IMG/VR virus record: IMGVR_UViG_3300032304_000826
Span: 38,348-102,347 of that record
Origin: a virus
Strand: one strand, 5' to 3'
Length of the DNA: 64,000 nucleotides
Shown here in pieces: positions 1-10,965 of the stretch. A model generated the notes under the pieces. The model was given only the letters and a program-made list of their open reading frames with translations, searched no databases and had not been told where the DNA came from. Numbering within the stretch: the stretch's first letter is position 1; every line of letters begins with the position of its first letter. A program made the position numbers and the translations under genes.

Positions 1-346
1 CACAGTCAATGATAGAGGAGCCACCGTACAAAGTCGTAGCTGTACCACCATCTATATTTTGAAAGATCGGACCTGTTGGTCCTGTTTCACCGATTGGTCC
101 TGTTGGACCTAACAATCCTTGAGATCCAGTTGGGCCTGTAGGTCCGGTGGGACCTGTAGGGCCGGTTGATCCAGTTAAACCTGTTGGTCCAGTTGGACCT
201 GTAACTGATAGACCTATAGGACCAGTTGGGCCCGTAGCTCCTTGAGCAACTCTAATTCTCCATACAGCGCCATCCCAAACCCATACCTGCTCAGCAGCAG
301 TAAATACCTGGTCAAGGGTAGGGGAGTCTGGAAAGTCAATGGGCAT
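1..346 (-). CDS. Collagen-like (GPT repeat) virion fibre protein, runs off window edge
   Basis: ATG at 346 gives [20 protein letters not shown] then Gly-Pro-Thr repeats; N-terminus paralogous to 7279-7746; not in the ORF track. Confidence 0.8.
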   Translation of the reverse strand, partial: MPIDFPDSPTLDQVFTAAEQVWVWDGAVWRIRVAQGATGPTGPIGLSVTGPTGPTGLTGSTGPTGPTGPTGPTGSQGLLGPTGPIGETGPTGPIFQNIDGGTATTLYGGSSIIDC

Positions 347-355
347 GTTTGTATT

Positions 356-739
356 TTATTGGTAAAGCCACATATCTTCAGGCTCTACCCATATCTTGTT
401 TAATGCTTTGTAGTACCCAAGTTCTTGCATACGCTTATATACAGCTTTGCCTGCTCCTGGACCATAATAGGTCTCTACCCCATAACCCATAGCTTCTTTC
501 TGATTGCCCACCCTAACCATGTAAAACTCTGCATACGGGCTCCAAGCAGCGTATACGCCGTGTGCTCCGCCCCGTTCTTCAATTAATTCCCATATATCCA
601 CATCTTCTATCTTCATTTCACGGGCATAGTCCCAATTAGTTTTAGGTGGTAGTATCAGCTTGTCAGAATCCATCCAATTAGGATCAAAGACTTCGCCAAA
701 GTCTGTAAAGATATTGGCAGTTGATTTAAATATAGGCAT
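356..739 (-). CDS. Hypothetical protein (start probably 739, leaderless)
   Basis: ORF track 356..754; TATACT -10-like hexamer lies 6 nt before the ATG at 739. Confidence 0.6.
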   Translation of the reverse strand: MPIFKSTANIFTDFGEVFDPNWMDSDKLILPPKTNWDYAREMKIEDVDIWELIEERGGAHGVYAAWSPYAEFYMVRVGNQKEAMGYGVETYYGPGAGKAVYKRMQELGYYKALNKIWVEPEDMWLYQ

Positions 740-756
740 TGGAATAGTATACATCT

Positions 757-2376
757 ATGAACATCTTAGGCATATCACCAAATCATGATAGTTCTGTATG
801 CCTACTCTCTGATGGCCGTATTAAATACTTTTCAAAAGAAGAGCGGCTATCTAGAGTAAAAAGAGCGGCTGACCCTAATTTAGCTACGCAAGAGGCCCTA
901 AAGTTAGGGCCTATAGATCAGGTTGTTTGGTGCCCCCCTACTCAAAATCCCGATTATCGAGATGAGTTTATAGGCGATTACTTTAAAGGCATGGAAGTAA
1001 CTGTTAATGACCTGTCTGATTACCACCACTTAACCCACGCAAGTTTAGGGTTTTACAACAGCGGGTTTACCGAGGCAGCCGTAGTTGTTGTAGACCGCAA
1101 TGGCTCTATCATGGGAAACTCATGTAGAGAGTCAGAGACTATTTTTATGGCCTCTTACCCAGCCACGTTTGATCAAGTATACAAAAGTTTTTGGATATAC
1201 GACAATACCGCACATCAAGAGGCCCTATTGTTTAAAGAAAGAAACCCAAAGTGTGAGGTAGATGTTAGGTCTATGTACGGAGTAGTTAAAGTCTACGAAA
1301 CTGCTACCGCGTTAATTAGACAACATGTTTTAGAAAATGGAAAAGTTATGGGTCTTTCTGCATATGGAAATAAAGATGCAGAGTTTGATCCGTTATTTTT
1401 TAGGGGAAACATACCCAACGATTACTACTTTGGGCATGAAGAAGTAACCAATCGAATTGCTACCCATCAAGAGTTACAGCTATTTGCTACAAATGTAGTA
1501 ACTCCAGAAAACTTTCAAGTATACGCAGACTATGCGTGGCAAGTTCAAAAGCAGACTCAAGACGCAGTCTGTTACCTAATCCAAAAAGCTATAGATAAAA
1601 CAGGTTCTAAGAATGTAGTTATTACTGGTGGCTACGGGATGAATGTAGTTGCCAACCATTATTACCTGACTAAATTCCCAGATATTAACTTTTTCTTTGA
1701 GCCTTTGGCTGATGACAGTGGAAACAGCATAGGTGGCGCTATGTTTATTCACAGGCTTCTTACTGGAGACACCTCTGTAAACCCTTTAAACACAACGTTT
1801 TTTAGTGGCAAACACCACTCATTAAAGAGTATTCATGGGCTACCAACACAAACCAAAGATGTTGCAAAGTTACTTGCCAACGGTAAAAGTATTGCTGTAT
1901 ACCGTGGGTTGGCTGAGGCTGGGCCCAGAGCGTTAGGCAATAGGTCTATCTTGTTTGATCCTAGGAATAAAGATGCCAAAGAGATTGTTAATAAGATTAA
2001 GAGACGCGAGTGGTACCGTCCATTTGCAGCTATGGTTCTAGAAGAAGATGCCCACATGTACTTTGATATGGGAGCAGTAACTTCAAGCCCTTATATGACT
2101 ATCTCATTTCCAGCAAAACAATACGCTGTAGATAACATTCCGGGAGTAATACATGTAGATAATACCTGCAGACTTCAAACAGTCTCTAAGTCAGATGGGT
2201 ATCTCTATGAGTTGTTGTTAGAGTTTAAAGCGCTAACAGGTCACGGAGTTATTCTTAATACAAGCTTTAATTTAGCGGGAGAGCCTTTAGTAGAAACTCC
2301 AGAGGAAGCAATTAAAACATTACGTAATTCAACTTTAAACCATGTATGGTTTGAAGAAAAAAACGTTTTAGTTTAA
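757..2376 (+). CDS. Carbamoyltransferase, NodU/CmcH/TobZ family
   Basis: Motifs HDSS, EERLSRVK, HHLTHA, GKVMGLSAYG, GPRALGNRS, KRREWYRPFA, HVDNTCRLQTV, LNTSFN. Confidence 0.92.
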   Translation: MNILGISPNHDSSVCLLSDGRIKYFSKEERLSRVKRAADPNLATQEALKLGPIDQVVWCPPTQNPDYRDEFIGDYFKGMEVTVNDLSDYHHLTHASLGFYNSGFTEAAVVVVDRNGSIMGNSCRESETIFMASYPATFDQVYKSFWIYDNTAHQEALLFKERNPKCEVDVRSMYGVVKVYETATALIRQHVLENGKVMGLSAYGNKDAEFDPLFFRGNIPNDYYFGHEEVTNRIATHQELQLFATNVVTPENFQVYADYAWQVQKQTQDAVCYLIQKAIDKTGSKNVVITGGYGMNVVANHYYLTKFPDINFFFEPLADDSGNSIGGAMFIHRLLTGDTSVNPLNTTFFSGKHHSLKSIHGLPTQTKDVAKLLANGKSIAVYRGLAEAGPRALGNRSILFDPRNKDAKEIVNKIKRREWYRPFAAMVLEEDAHMYFDMGAVTSSPYMTISFPAKQYAVDNIPGVIHVDNTCRLQTVSKSDGYLYELLLEFKALTGHGVILNTSFNLAGEPLVETPEEAIKTLRNSTLNHVWFEEKNVLV

Positions 2377-3314
2377 ATTTGATACCTAACAATTACCACG
2401 CCAGATCCACCGTTTCTACCGTTCGTAGTGTTAGTATTTCCTGCTTCACCAGTTCCGCCGCCACCGCCGCCTAATCCATTAGTTCCTGCAGTTGCTCTTG
2501 CTGAGTTAACGTTGTTAGACCCAAGTCCGCCACCACCAGAACCGCCATTAGGTTCTCGTTGCCCATCCCAAGAAGTTCCTCCACCGCCACCTGCGTAAAA
2601 TGTAGAGTTGCCAGAAATAGAGTACGCACGTCCTGCGCCCCCATCCCCACCACCAACTCCGTTTGCAGCGTTTCCGCCTGCTCCACCTGCTCCGCCTCCG
2701 CCACCAGTTGGGTAACCGTTACCTGAGGCCGCACCAGAGCCACCAGCGTTACCGTAACCTAAGCCACCACCAATATTTCCTTGAGTGGCTGCGCCACCCG
2801 CACCGTTACCGTAGTTTCCGCCGCCTCCAGATCCGCCGGCTAAACCTAGGCTATTTATTGACTCGCCTGACCCGCCACCACCGCCATTAGCAACAATGTC
2901 AGAGATACTTGAATTTCCACCATTCAAACCGTTACCAGCTGAGGTGTTGTCTCCACCATTACCTACAACAACAGAGTACGACGCTACTGGAAGTGATTTT
3001 GCTGAATGATACACAAGTCCACCGGCTCCACCGCCACCGTTGGTGTTGGACTGAGCGCCAGAGTTTCCTCCACCGCCTACAACTAGTATTTCTGCTGTAA
3101 GGGTTAGTGCAGAGTTGAAAAATGTATAGGTTCCGCCAGTTACGGCACCTGTAACAAACGTATGGGTTCTATACCCACCAGCTGTTACAACACTGCCACC
3201 AGTTATAGAAGCAGGATTTTGTCTTAGTGCTTCTGATATGGCAGCACCTACACCCACACCTTTATTTTCAGAGGTTGCACCAAAGGTTCCTCTCACGCTA
3301 CTTACAAAAGGCAT
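2373..3314 (-). CDS. Glycine-rich virion/fibre-tip protein
   Basis: YRTHTF, LVVGGGG, poly-Gly tracts, C-terminal GGSGVVIVRY; paralog of 7746-8609. Confidence 0.75.
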   Translation of the reverse strand: MPFVSSVRGTFGATSENKGVGVGAAISEALRQNPASITGGSVVTAGGYRTHTFVTGAVTGGTYTFFNSALTLTAEILVVGGGGNSGAQSNTNGGGGAGGLVYHSAKSLPVASYSVVVGNGGDNTSAGNGLNGGNSSISDIVANGGGGGSGESINSLGLAGGSGGGGNYGNGAGGAATQGNIGGGLGYGNAGGSGAASGNGYPTGGGGGAGGAGGNAANGVGGGDGGAGRAYSISGNSTFYAGGGGGTSWDGQREPNGGSGGGGLGSNNVNSARATAGTNGLGGGGGGTGEAGNTNTTNGRNGGSGVVIVRYQI

Positions 3315-3324
3315 TTACTTCTCC

Positions 3325-6222
3325 TTAGAAGTTGAGGTTAGCAGAACCTAACAAGGTGTATGCAGAAGATCTACGAACTAGTGTAAGAGAAAAAATATCA
3401 ATTTTTCCACTTGAAGACGTAGGAGTTGGGGTAAGTCCAGCTGCCCACTTCATGGTTATAGCAGATCCGTTTACAGTAAATGTTGATGGGACATAACCTG
3501 TTGCGCCTTGAGTTACTAGTACGTTTATGGTAAATACGCGACCATCGGTTGTTGGAGCATTTGTGATATTCCAAGTCATGTTAGCGGAAGGAGTATTTGT
3601 AGTCCAGAAAATGTTACCTGCGCTATAGTCGAGAGTAGCTACGTTTGACGATAGAGTTACGTCTACAACGTCTTCAATCATTTCCTGAACACGAACTCCA
3701 CCAGTAAAGGTTGGGGTTCCAGTAAACGAAGGTGCTCCAGAGAATACTGGGGTACCAGAGAATGTTGGGTTACCAGAGAATGTTGCATCTCCAGCAATCG
3801 TTCCACCAAAGCTGTTTGAAGAACCACTAAGTGTTAAGTTAGCAATGCTGTTAGATCCAGCTGTAGAGGTTAATCCTGTAGATAGGGTAGCTGTAGTAGC
3901 TGTAATTGCTCCAGTACGTATAGCATCATATACAAGTCCAGCGTTTGTAAAGTCAACAGTTGTTCCCGGAGCAACAGTTAGGCCATCAAAGAACTTTGTA
4001 ACGCCGTCAGATGCATCACGAACAATACCGTAGTATCTGCGTTCACGAGTCTTAGTAGCTGTTCCTGCAGGAGATACTGCAGCTGAAGTTACGTTAGCAG
4101 CACCAGTTTTTCTATAGCTAAATGTTGTAGCAGAAGGAATTGCGCTTACAACATAAGTTCCGTTGAATGTAGCGTCCACACTTGTTACTACAACAACGTC
4201 TCCTACAGCATATGTATGGGATGCGGTTGTAGTTAGTGTAGCTACTTCAGAGGCGATTACCTTGTTGCTTACAGAGCGAACTACGTTAGATACGGCAACT
4301 GTGTACTCTGAAACAAGACCTAGATCAATAAGGTCATCAGTGTTGTTAGCAGCTGTACGAACTAATGAGTCTGCAGTTGAAAGTGTGTCAATAACTGTAG
4401 TAGTTCCAGAACCACCAAAGGTTAGGGTACCTACGATTGCAACGTTACCTGCAATATTCATAGCACCTGAAATACCAACGCCACCAACTACGGTAAGAGC
4501 ACCAGTTGTAGGAGAGGTAGAAGGTGTTGGAATTTCTAAGTGAACATTTACACCAGGTGTAATTTCAAGTTGGGTGTCGCCAGAAGCGAAACCACCGGCT
4601 GCAAAAATAATCTTGTTTTGAGTTCCCTTATCGCCAGTAGCAAATACTAGGTTACCTTGTGCGCCATCGTTAAAGGTTACGCTTCCAGCAGGAGATACTG
4701 CTGCAGAGGTTACGTTTGCATTTGTCTTTGCATATCTAAAGGTTGTAGTAGTAGGCACTGCAGTTACGTAGTAAGTGCCGTCAAATGGGGCACCTACGCC
4801 AGTAATAACTGCCTTAGCCCCTACAGAGATGCCGTGTGCAGCTCCTGTTGTAAGAGTAGCAACGTTAGAGGTAAGAGCCTTATTTGTAATAGTTTTTGTT
4901 ACAGTCGCTGGCGCCTCGTGGAAGATATACGCATCGTTTGGACCAGTAATACCGTAGGTTTCTGCATCAAAGTCTGATCCAGTAATACCGAAGGTTGCCC
5001 AGCCACTACCGTCATCTCCGTTGTTAGAGAAAACCTGCATGTCTGCAGAAGAGGTTCGGTCCGTGTTGCGGAATGCTAATTGAGCAAAACCACTTTCTTC
5101 TGCTCCATTGCTAAATTGACGAACTTCTACTGCGTTAGTAAGAGCAGCGTCTGTCTCAAAAGTAGGCGCATCGGTGCCCGCAAAAACTTGATCATTAGCG
5201 GTAAGGGCGTCTACTGTTACGTCAGATACCCAAGTAACCGCAGTTCCATCATTAGATAGGAATTTGCCAGCTTGAGCTGAGTAGTCTGGGAAAGTACCTG
5301 CAGCTAAAACGTCCCAGTTAGCGCCCACTACTGGAGAGTTACCTGTTGTATTTCTCTTAGCAATCCAAGAAGATCCACCAAAAGTAACAATATCGTTTTT
5401 ATTGTAAGTAGTTAAGGCGTTATATGTGCCCTTCCAAGAAATACCTTCAATGAGCACCGCCCAATAAAGAGTATCTGTTGGTGCACTGTTTAATGAGTCT
5501 GCAATAGCTACGTATACAAGACCACCGTAGTTAACCACGTCTCCTGATTGATAACTAGTCAATGAAGACCATGTGCCCTCAAATTGGAAACCTTGGCTAA
5601 ATAATGCCCAGTTAGTTACGTTAGTTGGAACTACTCCAGTAGAAGCGACAATATTAATATACGCTTTACCGCCATAGGAAACGATATCGTTTAGTTTATA
5701 AGTGGTTCCTGAAGCGTAAGCGCCCTTCCATTCAACGCCGTATACAAGAATTTCCCAGTTAGCGTTTCCAGTAGCGGGAATAGAAGCAGAGTTGTTATTA
5801 GAAGCAATCCAAATGTTACCGCCGTGCTTAACTACGTCGCCTTTTTGATAAGAGGTGCCTGAAGCCCAAGTGCCCTCATACTGAATACCGTCAACAAAAA
5901 CAGACCAATCTGAGGTTTCAGTTACAGGGTTATCGGCTAAAGTGTCTCGCAGAGCAATGTAGATCTTTCCACCAAACGAAACTAAATCTGAAATTAAATA
6001 TTGAGTTGATGAAGACCAAATACCTCGGTAGTTAAAACCCTCAACCATTAGATCCCAGAATGAGGTGTCTGTTGGGAGGTTGCCTGCAGTTGCAGTAGAT
6101 AGTTTATAAACATAAACGTTACCACCATAGGTGACCACATCGTTACGCTCATACGTTGTGCCGCTTGCGTAAGATCCGCGATAGTCAAAGCGGAATTTGC
6201 CCAGATCAAGAATCTGTGCCAT
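3325..6222 (-). CDS. Tail fibre-like protein with N-terminal W..Y...DxV.YGG repeats
   Basis: About 6 tandem repeats followed by Thr/Ala-rich beta domains; paralog of 8614-10692. Confidence 0.75.
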   Translation of the reverse strand: MAQILDLGKFRFDYRGSYASGTTYERNDVVTYGGNVYVYKLSTATAGNLPTDTSFWDLMVEGFNYRGIWSSSTQYLISDLVSFGGKIYIALRDTLADNPVTETSDWSVFVDGIQYEGTWASGTSYQKGDVVKHGGNIWIASNNNSASIPATGNANWEILVYGVEWKGAYASGTTYKLNDIVSYGGKAYINIVASTGVVPTNVTNWALFSQGFQFEGTWSSLTSYQSGDVVNYGGLVYVAIADSLNSAPTDTLYWAVLIEGISWKGTYNALTTYNKNDIVTFGGSSWIAKRNTTGNSPVVGANWDVLAAGTFPDYSAQAGKFLSNDGTAVTWVSDVTVDALTANDQVFAGTDAPTFETDAALTNAVEVRQFSNGAEESGFAQLAFRNTDRTSSADMQVFSNNGDDGSGWATFGITGSDFDAETYGITGPNDAYIFHEAPATVTKTITNKALTSNVATLTTGAAHGISVGAKAVITGVGAPFDGTYYVTAVPTTTTFRYAKTNANVTSAAVSPAGSVTFNDGAQGNLVFATGDKGTQNKIIFAAGGFASGDTQLEITPGVNVHLEIPTPSTSPTTGALTVVGGVGISGAMNIAGNVAIVGTLTFGGSGTTTVIDTLSTADSLVRTAANNTDDLIDLGLVSEYTVAVSNVVRSVSNKVIASEVATLTTTASHTYAVGDVVVVTSVDATFNGTYVVSAIPSATTFSYRKTGAANVTSAAVSPAGTATKTRERRYYGIVRDASDGVTKFFDGLTVAPGTTVDFTNAGLVYDAIRTGAITATTATLSTGLTSTAGSNSIANLTLSGSSNSFGGTIAGDATFSGNPTFSGTPVFSGAPSFTGTPTFTGGVRVQEMIEDVVDVTLSSNVATLDYSAGNIFWTTNTPSANMTWNITNAPTTDGRVFTINVLVTQGATGYVPSTFTVNGSAITMKWAAGLTPTPTSSSGKIDIFSLTLVRRSSAYTLLGSANLNF

Positions 6223-6500
6223 TAGTAAACCTCCATTAGGATATGACCGGTTGCGTTAACGCTAAACCTCAGTGTATTATTGCTCCACATCCAGTTGAGG
6301 TAGTCATCTGAACGTACAGAGAAAGAGCTATCACCTAGGTTAATAGCAGTTCCACCGGCAATAATATCAATATAAGTCTTGCCTGTATCGATGTCTTGAC
6401 GAGCACCGTAGAATACTTTATCGGCAATATCCTCAAGATCAGAGGTATTTAGGGTGCCTGCCGCCCCGTCAATATTTATAAACTGCGGTACTAGAGGCAC
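6222..6500 (-). CDS. Small virion protein (fibre adaptor candidate)
   Basis: Coupled ORF; FYG motif and C-terminal ILMEVY resemble 10693-10965 (FYG, LIMEVE). Confidence 0.55.
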   Translation of the reverse strand: MPLVPQFINIDGAAGTLNTSDLEDIADKVFYGARQDIDTGKTYIDIIAGGTAINLGDSSFSVRSDDYLNWMWSNNTLRFSVNATGHILMEVY

Positions 6501-6940
6501 TACTTAACTCCTTCTGACAGCTCGATGTGAAGTGTAATAATATCCTCAAATGGGCAGGTAGCGTATAGCTTATCCCCAGTATTAAGGACAAAATCTGGAA
6601 GCACCTTGTTATACCCACTAGAAGTAGGGTTTCCGTCTTCCCCGACTCTGGAATCTCCAGATACCACAGGAAGAACTACAAAGTTATTTTTCAAAACACG
6701 GTTTTTAGCAAGCAAATGCTTGACAGTTGGGTTGCCGCGCCCAACATAAACTTCTACTGGAAGGATTCCAGTGTCGCTTGCCCCAGTATGAATAGCGACA
6801 ATTGAGTTGACGCGAGTCTTAGAGGTAGCGGTAAAAATAGTAGTAGCAGTAGATGCTGCCGTATCAGTGACAAGGAAGCTAATGCTTTTAGCAGTTCCCG
6901 CAGAGGCTACTGCGTCAACTGGATATGCGTATCCTGGCAT
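6500..6940 (-). CDS. Small beta-rich virion protein
   Basis: Coupled ORF in the fibre cluster; pattern similar to 6949-7278 and 10965-11297. Confidence 0.55.
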   Translation of the reverse strand: MPGYAYPVDAVASAGTAKSISFLVTDTAASTATTIFTATSKTRVNSIVAIHTGASDTGILPVEVYVGRGNPTVKHLLAKNRVLKNNFVVLPVVSGDSRVGEDGNPTSSGYNKVLPDFVLNTGDKLYATCPFEDIITLHIELSEGVK

Positions 6941-6948
6941 TTACTCTC

Positions 6949-7278
6949 CTAAGCCGTCTGATCTATTCCCTGGACGTAAAAGGCCATTCCTGCTGGTCCA
7001 GCAACCTTTACTACATCTGTTGGGTTTACGCCAAATCTAAATGTTTCATAGCTATTATACGCAGGCACAATTAACTTATGTGCTATTAACCCATAGCCAG
7101 TTTCTGAGGCTCCTGAAGGAATTACATATACATAGATCTCTGCATCAGCTTCGGTAGTATTAGTAGCTATAACAGAGATTAAATAATAATCTGTAGAGGT
7201 AAACGCGGTAGTTCCAGAAGAACCGTAGGCTACTGCTGAAGATAGGCGTGTTACCGCTAAACGTTCAATGCCTGCCAT
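6949..7278 (-). CDS. Small beta-rich virion protein
   Basis: Coupled ORF in the fibre cluster. Confidence 0.55.
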   Translation of the reverse strand: MAGIERLAVTRLSSAVAYGSSGTTAFTSTDYYLISVIATNTTEADAEIYVYVIPSGASETGYGLIAHKLIVPAYNSYETFRFGVNPTDVVKVAGPAGMAFYVQGIDQTA

Positions 7279-7746
7279 TTATATTCCTAACCACCATGAG
7301 ATTGCAGCACTGCCTGCACTTGAAGATCCAGCAGGACCGGTTGGTCCAATTAATCCTTGTGGGCCTGTTGGGCCTACTGATCCAGTAGGACCTGTAGATC
7401 CTTGTGGAGCTGCGCCGGTTTCAACCCAGTATCCATCATAATAAATAAAAATACTGCCTGTATTTGGATCAAACCAAGAATCACCAGCCACTGCATTAGC
7501 AGGTGGCGTTCCGGTTGTTGTTGTCCAACGACCTAAAGATCCAGTTGGTCCAGTAGATCCTGTTGGTCCAGTAGGACCTGTTGCACCAGTATTACCCGTT
7601 AAACCTGTGGGACCAGTTGGACCCGTTGGTCCAACTACAGGTGTACGAATTACGTTCCAAGTAACACCATCCCACTTCCAAGTAGTATTACCAGAAGTAA
7701 ATTCTTGATTGAGTGTAGGTGAATTAGGAAAATCAATAGCTGGCAT
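7279..7746 (-). CDS. Short collagen-like protein
   Basis: [15 protein letters not shown] head, GPT repeats, [14 protein letters not shown] domain. Confidence 0.75.
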   Translation of the reverse strand: MPAIDFPNSPTLNQEFTSGNTTWKWDGVTWNVIRTPVVGPTGPTGPTGLTGNTGATGPTGPTGSTGPTGSLGRWTTTTGTPPANAVAGDSWFDPNTGSIFIYYDGYWVETGAAPQGSTGPTGSVGPTGPQGLIGPTGPAGSSSAGSAAISWWLGI

Positions 7747-8609
7747 TAGATTGGGTACCTAATAATCACGATACCAGAGCCGCCCCTACCTCCATCAGAT
7801 AAACCGGATGTACTTCCGCTTCCGCCACCTCCACCGCCAAGACCATTTGTGCCATTGCCACCAGCACCGTTGTTACCGCCAGCTCCGCCCCCACCACTAC
7901 CCCCTGATGATGCAGTTCCACCTGAACGGTTAGCGCCCCCACCGCCACCAGCATAAAAAGTACCAAATACAGAAAGCCCTGCGCCTCCAGAACCAGCGTT
8001 TCCCTCACTAGGAACATATCCTCCAGCAGCTCCTGCGCCACCGCCACCAGCCATACTGCAACAACCTCCAAAGGAACCTCCACCATTATTTCCTTGACCT
8101 GCAACACCTGTTCGTACTGATTGATAAGATGGGTGACCTACCCCACCTCCAGAACCTCCATTTGATGCTGGAGCAGAACCATTACCACCACTTACCTGTT
8201 GTTCTCCAGCACCATAACCTCCACCGAAGGATGTTAAACCAAATGCTGTGCTGTCTCCGCCTTGGGTAGGCATTGAAGAGCCACTTGAACCGTTTCCATA
8301 ATTTCCAACAACAATTGAGTAGTTAGTAATTGATACATTTAAGCTTCCAGTAAGCAGACCTCCCGCACCTCCGCCACCGCCTTGGTACCCACCACCACCG
8401 CCCCCACCACCAGCAACAATTAAGTATTCAACTGGTCCTGATTGATCTGGGGTAAAAGTAGATGTGCCCACAGCAGTAAAAGTATGTATGCGGTAACCAC
8501 CTGCGATTGTAACTGTTCCACCAGTAGAGCCAGTGCCTATACGACCAGTTTGAGTTTTTCGTTTTCCTTGGCTGCCGTAGCTTCCCCGAACAGAGCTAAC
8601 AAAAGGCAT
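7746..8609 (-). CDS. Glycine-rich virion/fibre-tip protein
   Basis: Starts MPFVSSVRG exactly as 2373-3314; ends [10 protein letters not shown]. Confidence 0.75.
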   Translation of the reverse strand: MPFVSSVRGSYGSQGKRKTQTGRIGTGSTGGTVTIAGGYRIHTFTAVGTSTFTPDQSGPVEYLIVAGGGGGGGGYQGGGGGAGGLLTGSLNVSITNYSIVVGNYGNGSSGSSMPTQGGDSTAFGLTSFGGGYGAGEQQVSGGNGSAPASNGGSGGGVGHPSYQSVRTGVAGQGNNGGGSFGGCCSMAGGGGAGAAGGYVPSEGNAGSGGAGLSVFGTFYAGGGGGANRSGGTASSGGSGGGGAGGNNGAGGNGTNGLGGGGGGSGSTSGLSDGGRGGSGIVIIRYPI

Positions 8610-8613
8610 TTAA

Positions 8614-10692
8614 TTACCCCCAGTTTAAGTTAGCGGAGCCTAGTACGGTCCATGCGCTAGAAATACGAACTAGTGTAAATGTGAATACATCAATACGTCC
8701 AGCAACACTTGTTGGGGTTGGGGCCGCTGCCGCAGTCCATTTAATAGTTTGAGATGTTCCCGCAATAGTTAATGCGCTTGGAATATAGCCAGTTGCACCT
8801 TGGGTAACAAAAACGTTAATGGTCATAATCTTATTGTTATCAGTAGGCACGTTTGTAAGAGCCACTGTAAAGTTTGCAGAAGGTGCGCTAGCAATCCAGT
8901 AGATGTTACCTGTAGACCAATCGCAAGCTGCTGAGTTAGAAGTAATAGTTGTTGCTACTAATGCTTCACGCATTTCTTGAATGTCAACTGTTCCGCTTAG
9001 TGATACTAAACCCGATGCGGTTAGTCCACCAACCTGTAGATCCGCATAAGCAGCCCCAGCTTCCGCAAAGTTTACAGTTGTAGTTGGTTTAGTTGTAGCG
9101 TCCTTAAAGATTTTAAATACGCCATCAGAAGCGTCACGAACTGCACCGCCGTAGTATCTACGGGCAGCTACCGAGCTACTGCCTGACGCAGCAGCTGAAG
9201 ATACGTTTGCATTGGTTTTAGCATATGTAAATGTTGTTGAGGTAGGCACTGCAATAATTGAGTAGGTACCGTTAAATGTAGCATCTACGCCAGTTATAAC
9301 AGCCACATCTCCTGCACGATAGTTATGGCCAGCAGAGGTAGTAAGAGTTGCCACATTTGAAGTTAACGCTTTGTTAGTAATTGTGCTAACTAGCGCTGCA
9401 ATTGTACTTGCGTACTCAACTACTAAGCCTTCGTCAACAGCATCTGCTTGATTGCTTATACCAGAGAAGATCATAGGCGCAACAACTGCTAGGTTATCCG
9501 TAGTAGTAGCTCCTCCACCAAATGTGAGGTTACCAACGATAGACATATTACCTTCTACGTTGACGCTGCCTTGAATACCAACACCACCGACTACTGTTAA
9601 AGCACCTGTTGTAGATGAGGTAGATGGGGTATCAATTTCAATGTGTACGTTTACATCTGGGGTAATTGACATTTGCTCATTGTCAGAAGCTAAGCCTCCA
9701 GCAGCAAAAATAAGCTTGTTCTCACTACCTTTGTCACCAGTAGCAAATACAAGGTTACCCTTACCAGTAGTTCCTACAGGAGCTTCTAGGAAAATGTAGC
9801 CGTCGTTTGCGCCAGTAATTGTAAACTCGGGGTCGTTAAAGTTAGAGGATGTAATACCCATGTCAATGTAGCCAGCAAAGTCTGTACCATTATTTGCATA
9901 AGCAATGTAATCAGTAGATGAGTTTGTACCATTTCCTGAGTTTCTAAATGCAATTTGTGCAAAGTCATCATCTGCATCAATAGCATATACAGCAGCTGCG
10001 TTGGTATATCCAGGAATAGTGGTTATTGTTCCTACAGTTGCTTGTGAAGCAATATTTCCTGCAGTCTTATCAAAAGTAAAGGTATTTAAAGTAGGCGTAG
10101 CGGTAATTTCATATGTGCCATCAAACGCAGCGTCTGCTGGGCTAAGGGCAATAGTTACGAACTGAAACGGGGCAAATCCGTGTGCGGTAGATGTAGTAAT
10201 AGTCGCTACGTTAGAGGTCAAAGATTTTGTTTGAGCAGTCTTAGTAACAGTACCTAAAGTTTCAGCATCTGTACGTGCTCCAGGACCTACGTATAGCTCT
10301 CCCGCAGTTGAGCCAACATCAAGGTCTCCGGTTACTCCAAGAGTTCCAAAAGAGTTAGACCAAGAGGCAGCAGTTCCGTCTGTCTTTAGAAACTTACCGG
10401 CGTTGCCTGTTTGTGTTGGGACTTGGCTTACAGTTGCAAACTGAAATGCAGAGCCAGTTGTCTGTAAGAATTGACCGTTTGTTCCTGCTGTAGGATCTGT
10501 GTACCCATCAATCATCTTAGACCAGTAGGCTGTATCTGTTGGGGCGTTGCCCGCGGTAGCGCCAGTGTTGATATAGGCGTAAAGGTTATTAGTGTACTTA
10601 ACTACATCGTTAAGCTGGTATGTAGTGGCACCGCTATAGGTTCCCTTATAGGTAAAGCGAAGCTTACCTAAGTTAAAAATCTGAGCAGCCAT
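8614..10692 (-). CDS. Tail fibre-like protein
   Basis: Shares N-terminus (QIFNLGK), GNLVFATGDKG block and C-terminal LGSANLN domain with 3325-6222. Confidence 0.75.
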   Translation of the reverse strand: MAAQIFNLGKLRFTYKGTYSGATTYQLNDVVKYTNNLYAYINTGATAGNAPTDTAYWSKMIDGYTDPTAGTNGQFLQTTGSAFQFATVSQVPTQTGNAGKFLKTDGTAASWSNSFGTLGVTGDLDVGSTAGELYVGPGARTDAETLGTVTKTAQTKSLTSNVATITTSTAHGFAPFQFVTIALSPADAAFDGTYEITATPTLNTFTFDKTAGNIASQATVGTITTIPGYTNAAAVYAIDADDDFAQIAFRNSGNGTNSSTDYIAYANNGTDFAGYIDMGITSSNFNDPEFTITGANDGYIFLEAPVGTTGKGNLVFATGDKGSENKLIFAAGGLASDNEQMSITPDVNVHIEIDTPSTSSTTGALTVVGGVGIQGSVNVEGNMSIVGNLTFGGGATTTDNLAVVAPMIFSGISNQADAVDEGLVVEYASTIAALVSTITNKALTSNVATLTTSAGHNYRAGDVAVITGVDATFNGTYSIIAVPTSTTFTYAKTNANVSSAAASGSSSVAARRYYGGAVRDASDGVFKIFKDATTKPTTTVNFAEAGAAYADLQVGGLTASGLVSLSGTVDIQEMREALVATTITSNSAACDWSTGNIYWIASAPSANFTVALTNVPTDNNKIMTINVFVTQGATGYIPSALTIAGTSQTIKWTAAAAPTPTSVAGRIDVFTFTLVRISSAWTVLGSANLNWG

Positions 10693-10965
10693 CTACTCAA
10701 CCTCCATAATAAGTTGGTCTGTGTTTGTAGTATCCCATGAAAAGTACAGTTCGTAAGGGGTTAGCGCAGTCGTATAATAAGTGTCCTCAAACCGTGCATA
10801 TACTGTCCCGTCATCATTTACCTGTGGAACTACAATTTTAGCTGAAGTATCGCCCCACAAGTACTCTTCTACAGTCAACGTATCCGTTTTTGGATCATAT
10901 TTAAAACCATAGAAATTCTGCTTTGATTTTGTAGAACTACCTGATAAGGATAAGAAACCGGCCAT
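10693..10965 (-). CDS. Small virion protein
   Basis: Coupled ORF, positional equivalent of 6222-6500. Confidence 0.55.
   Translation of the reverse strand: MAGFLSLSGSSTKSKQNFYGFKYDPKTDTLTVEEYLWGDTSAKIVVPQVNDDGTVYARFEDTYYTTALTPYELYFSWDTTNTDQLIMEVE

Noticed and set aside
2373-10692. Diversity-generating retroelement target/template repeats
   Set aside because: Paralogs look broadly diverged rather than adenine-specific, and no reverse transcriptase is present in the window
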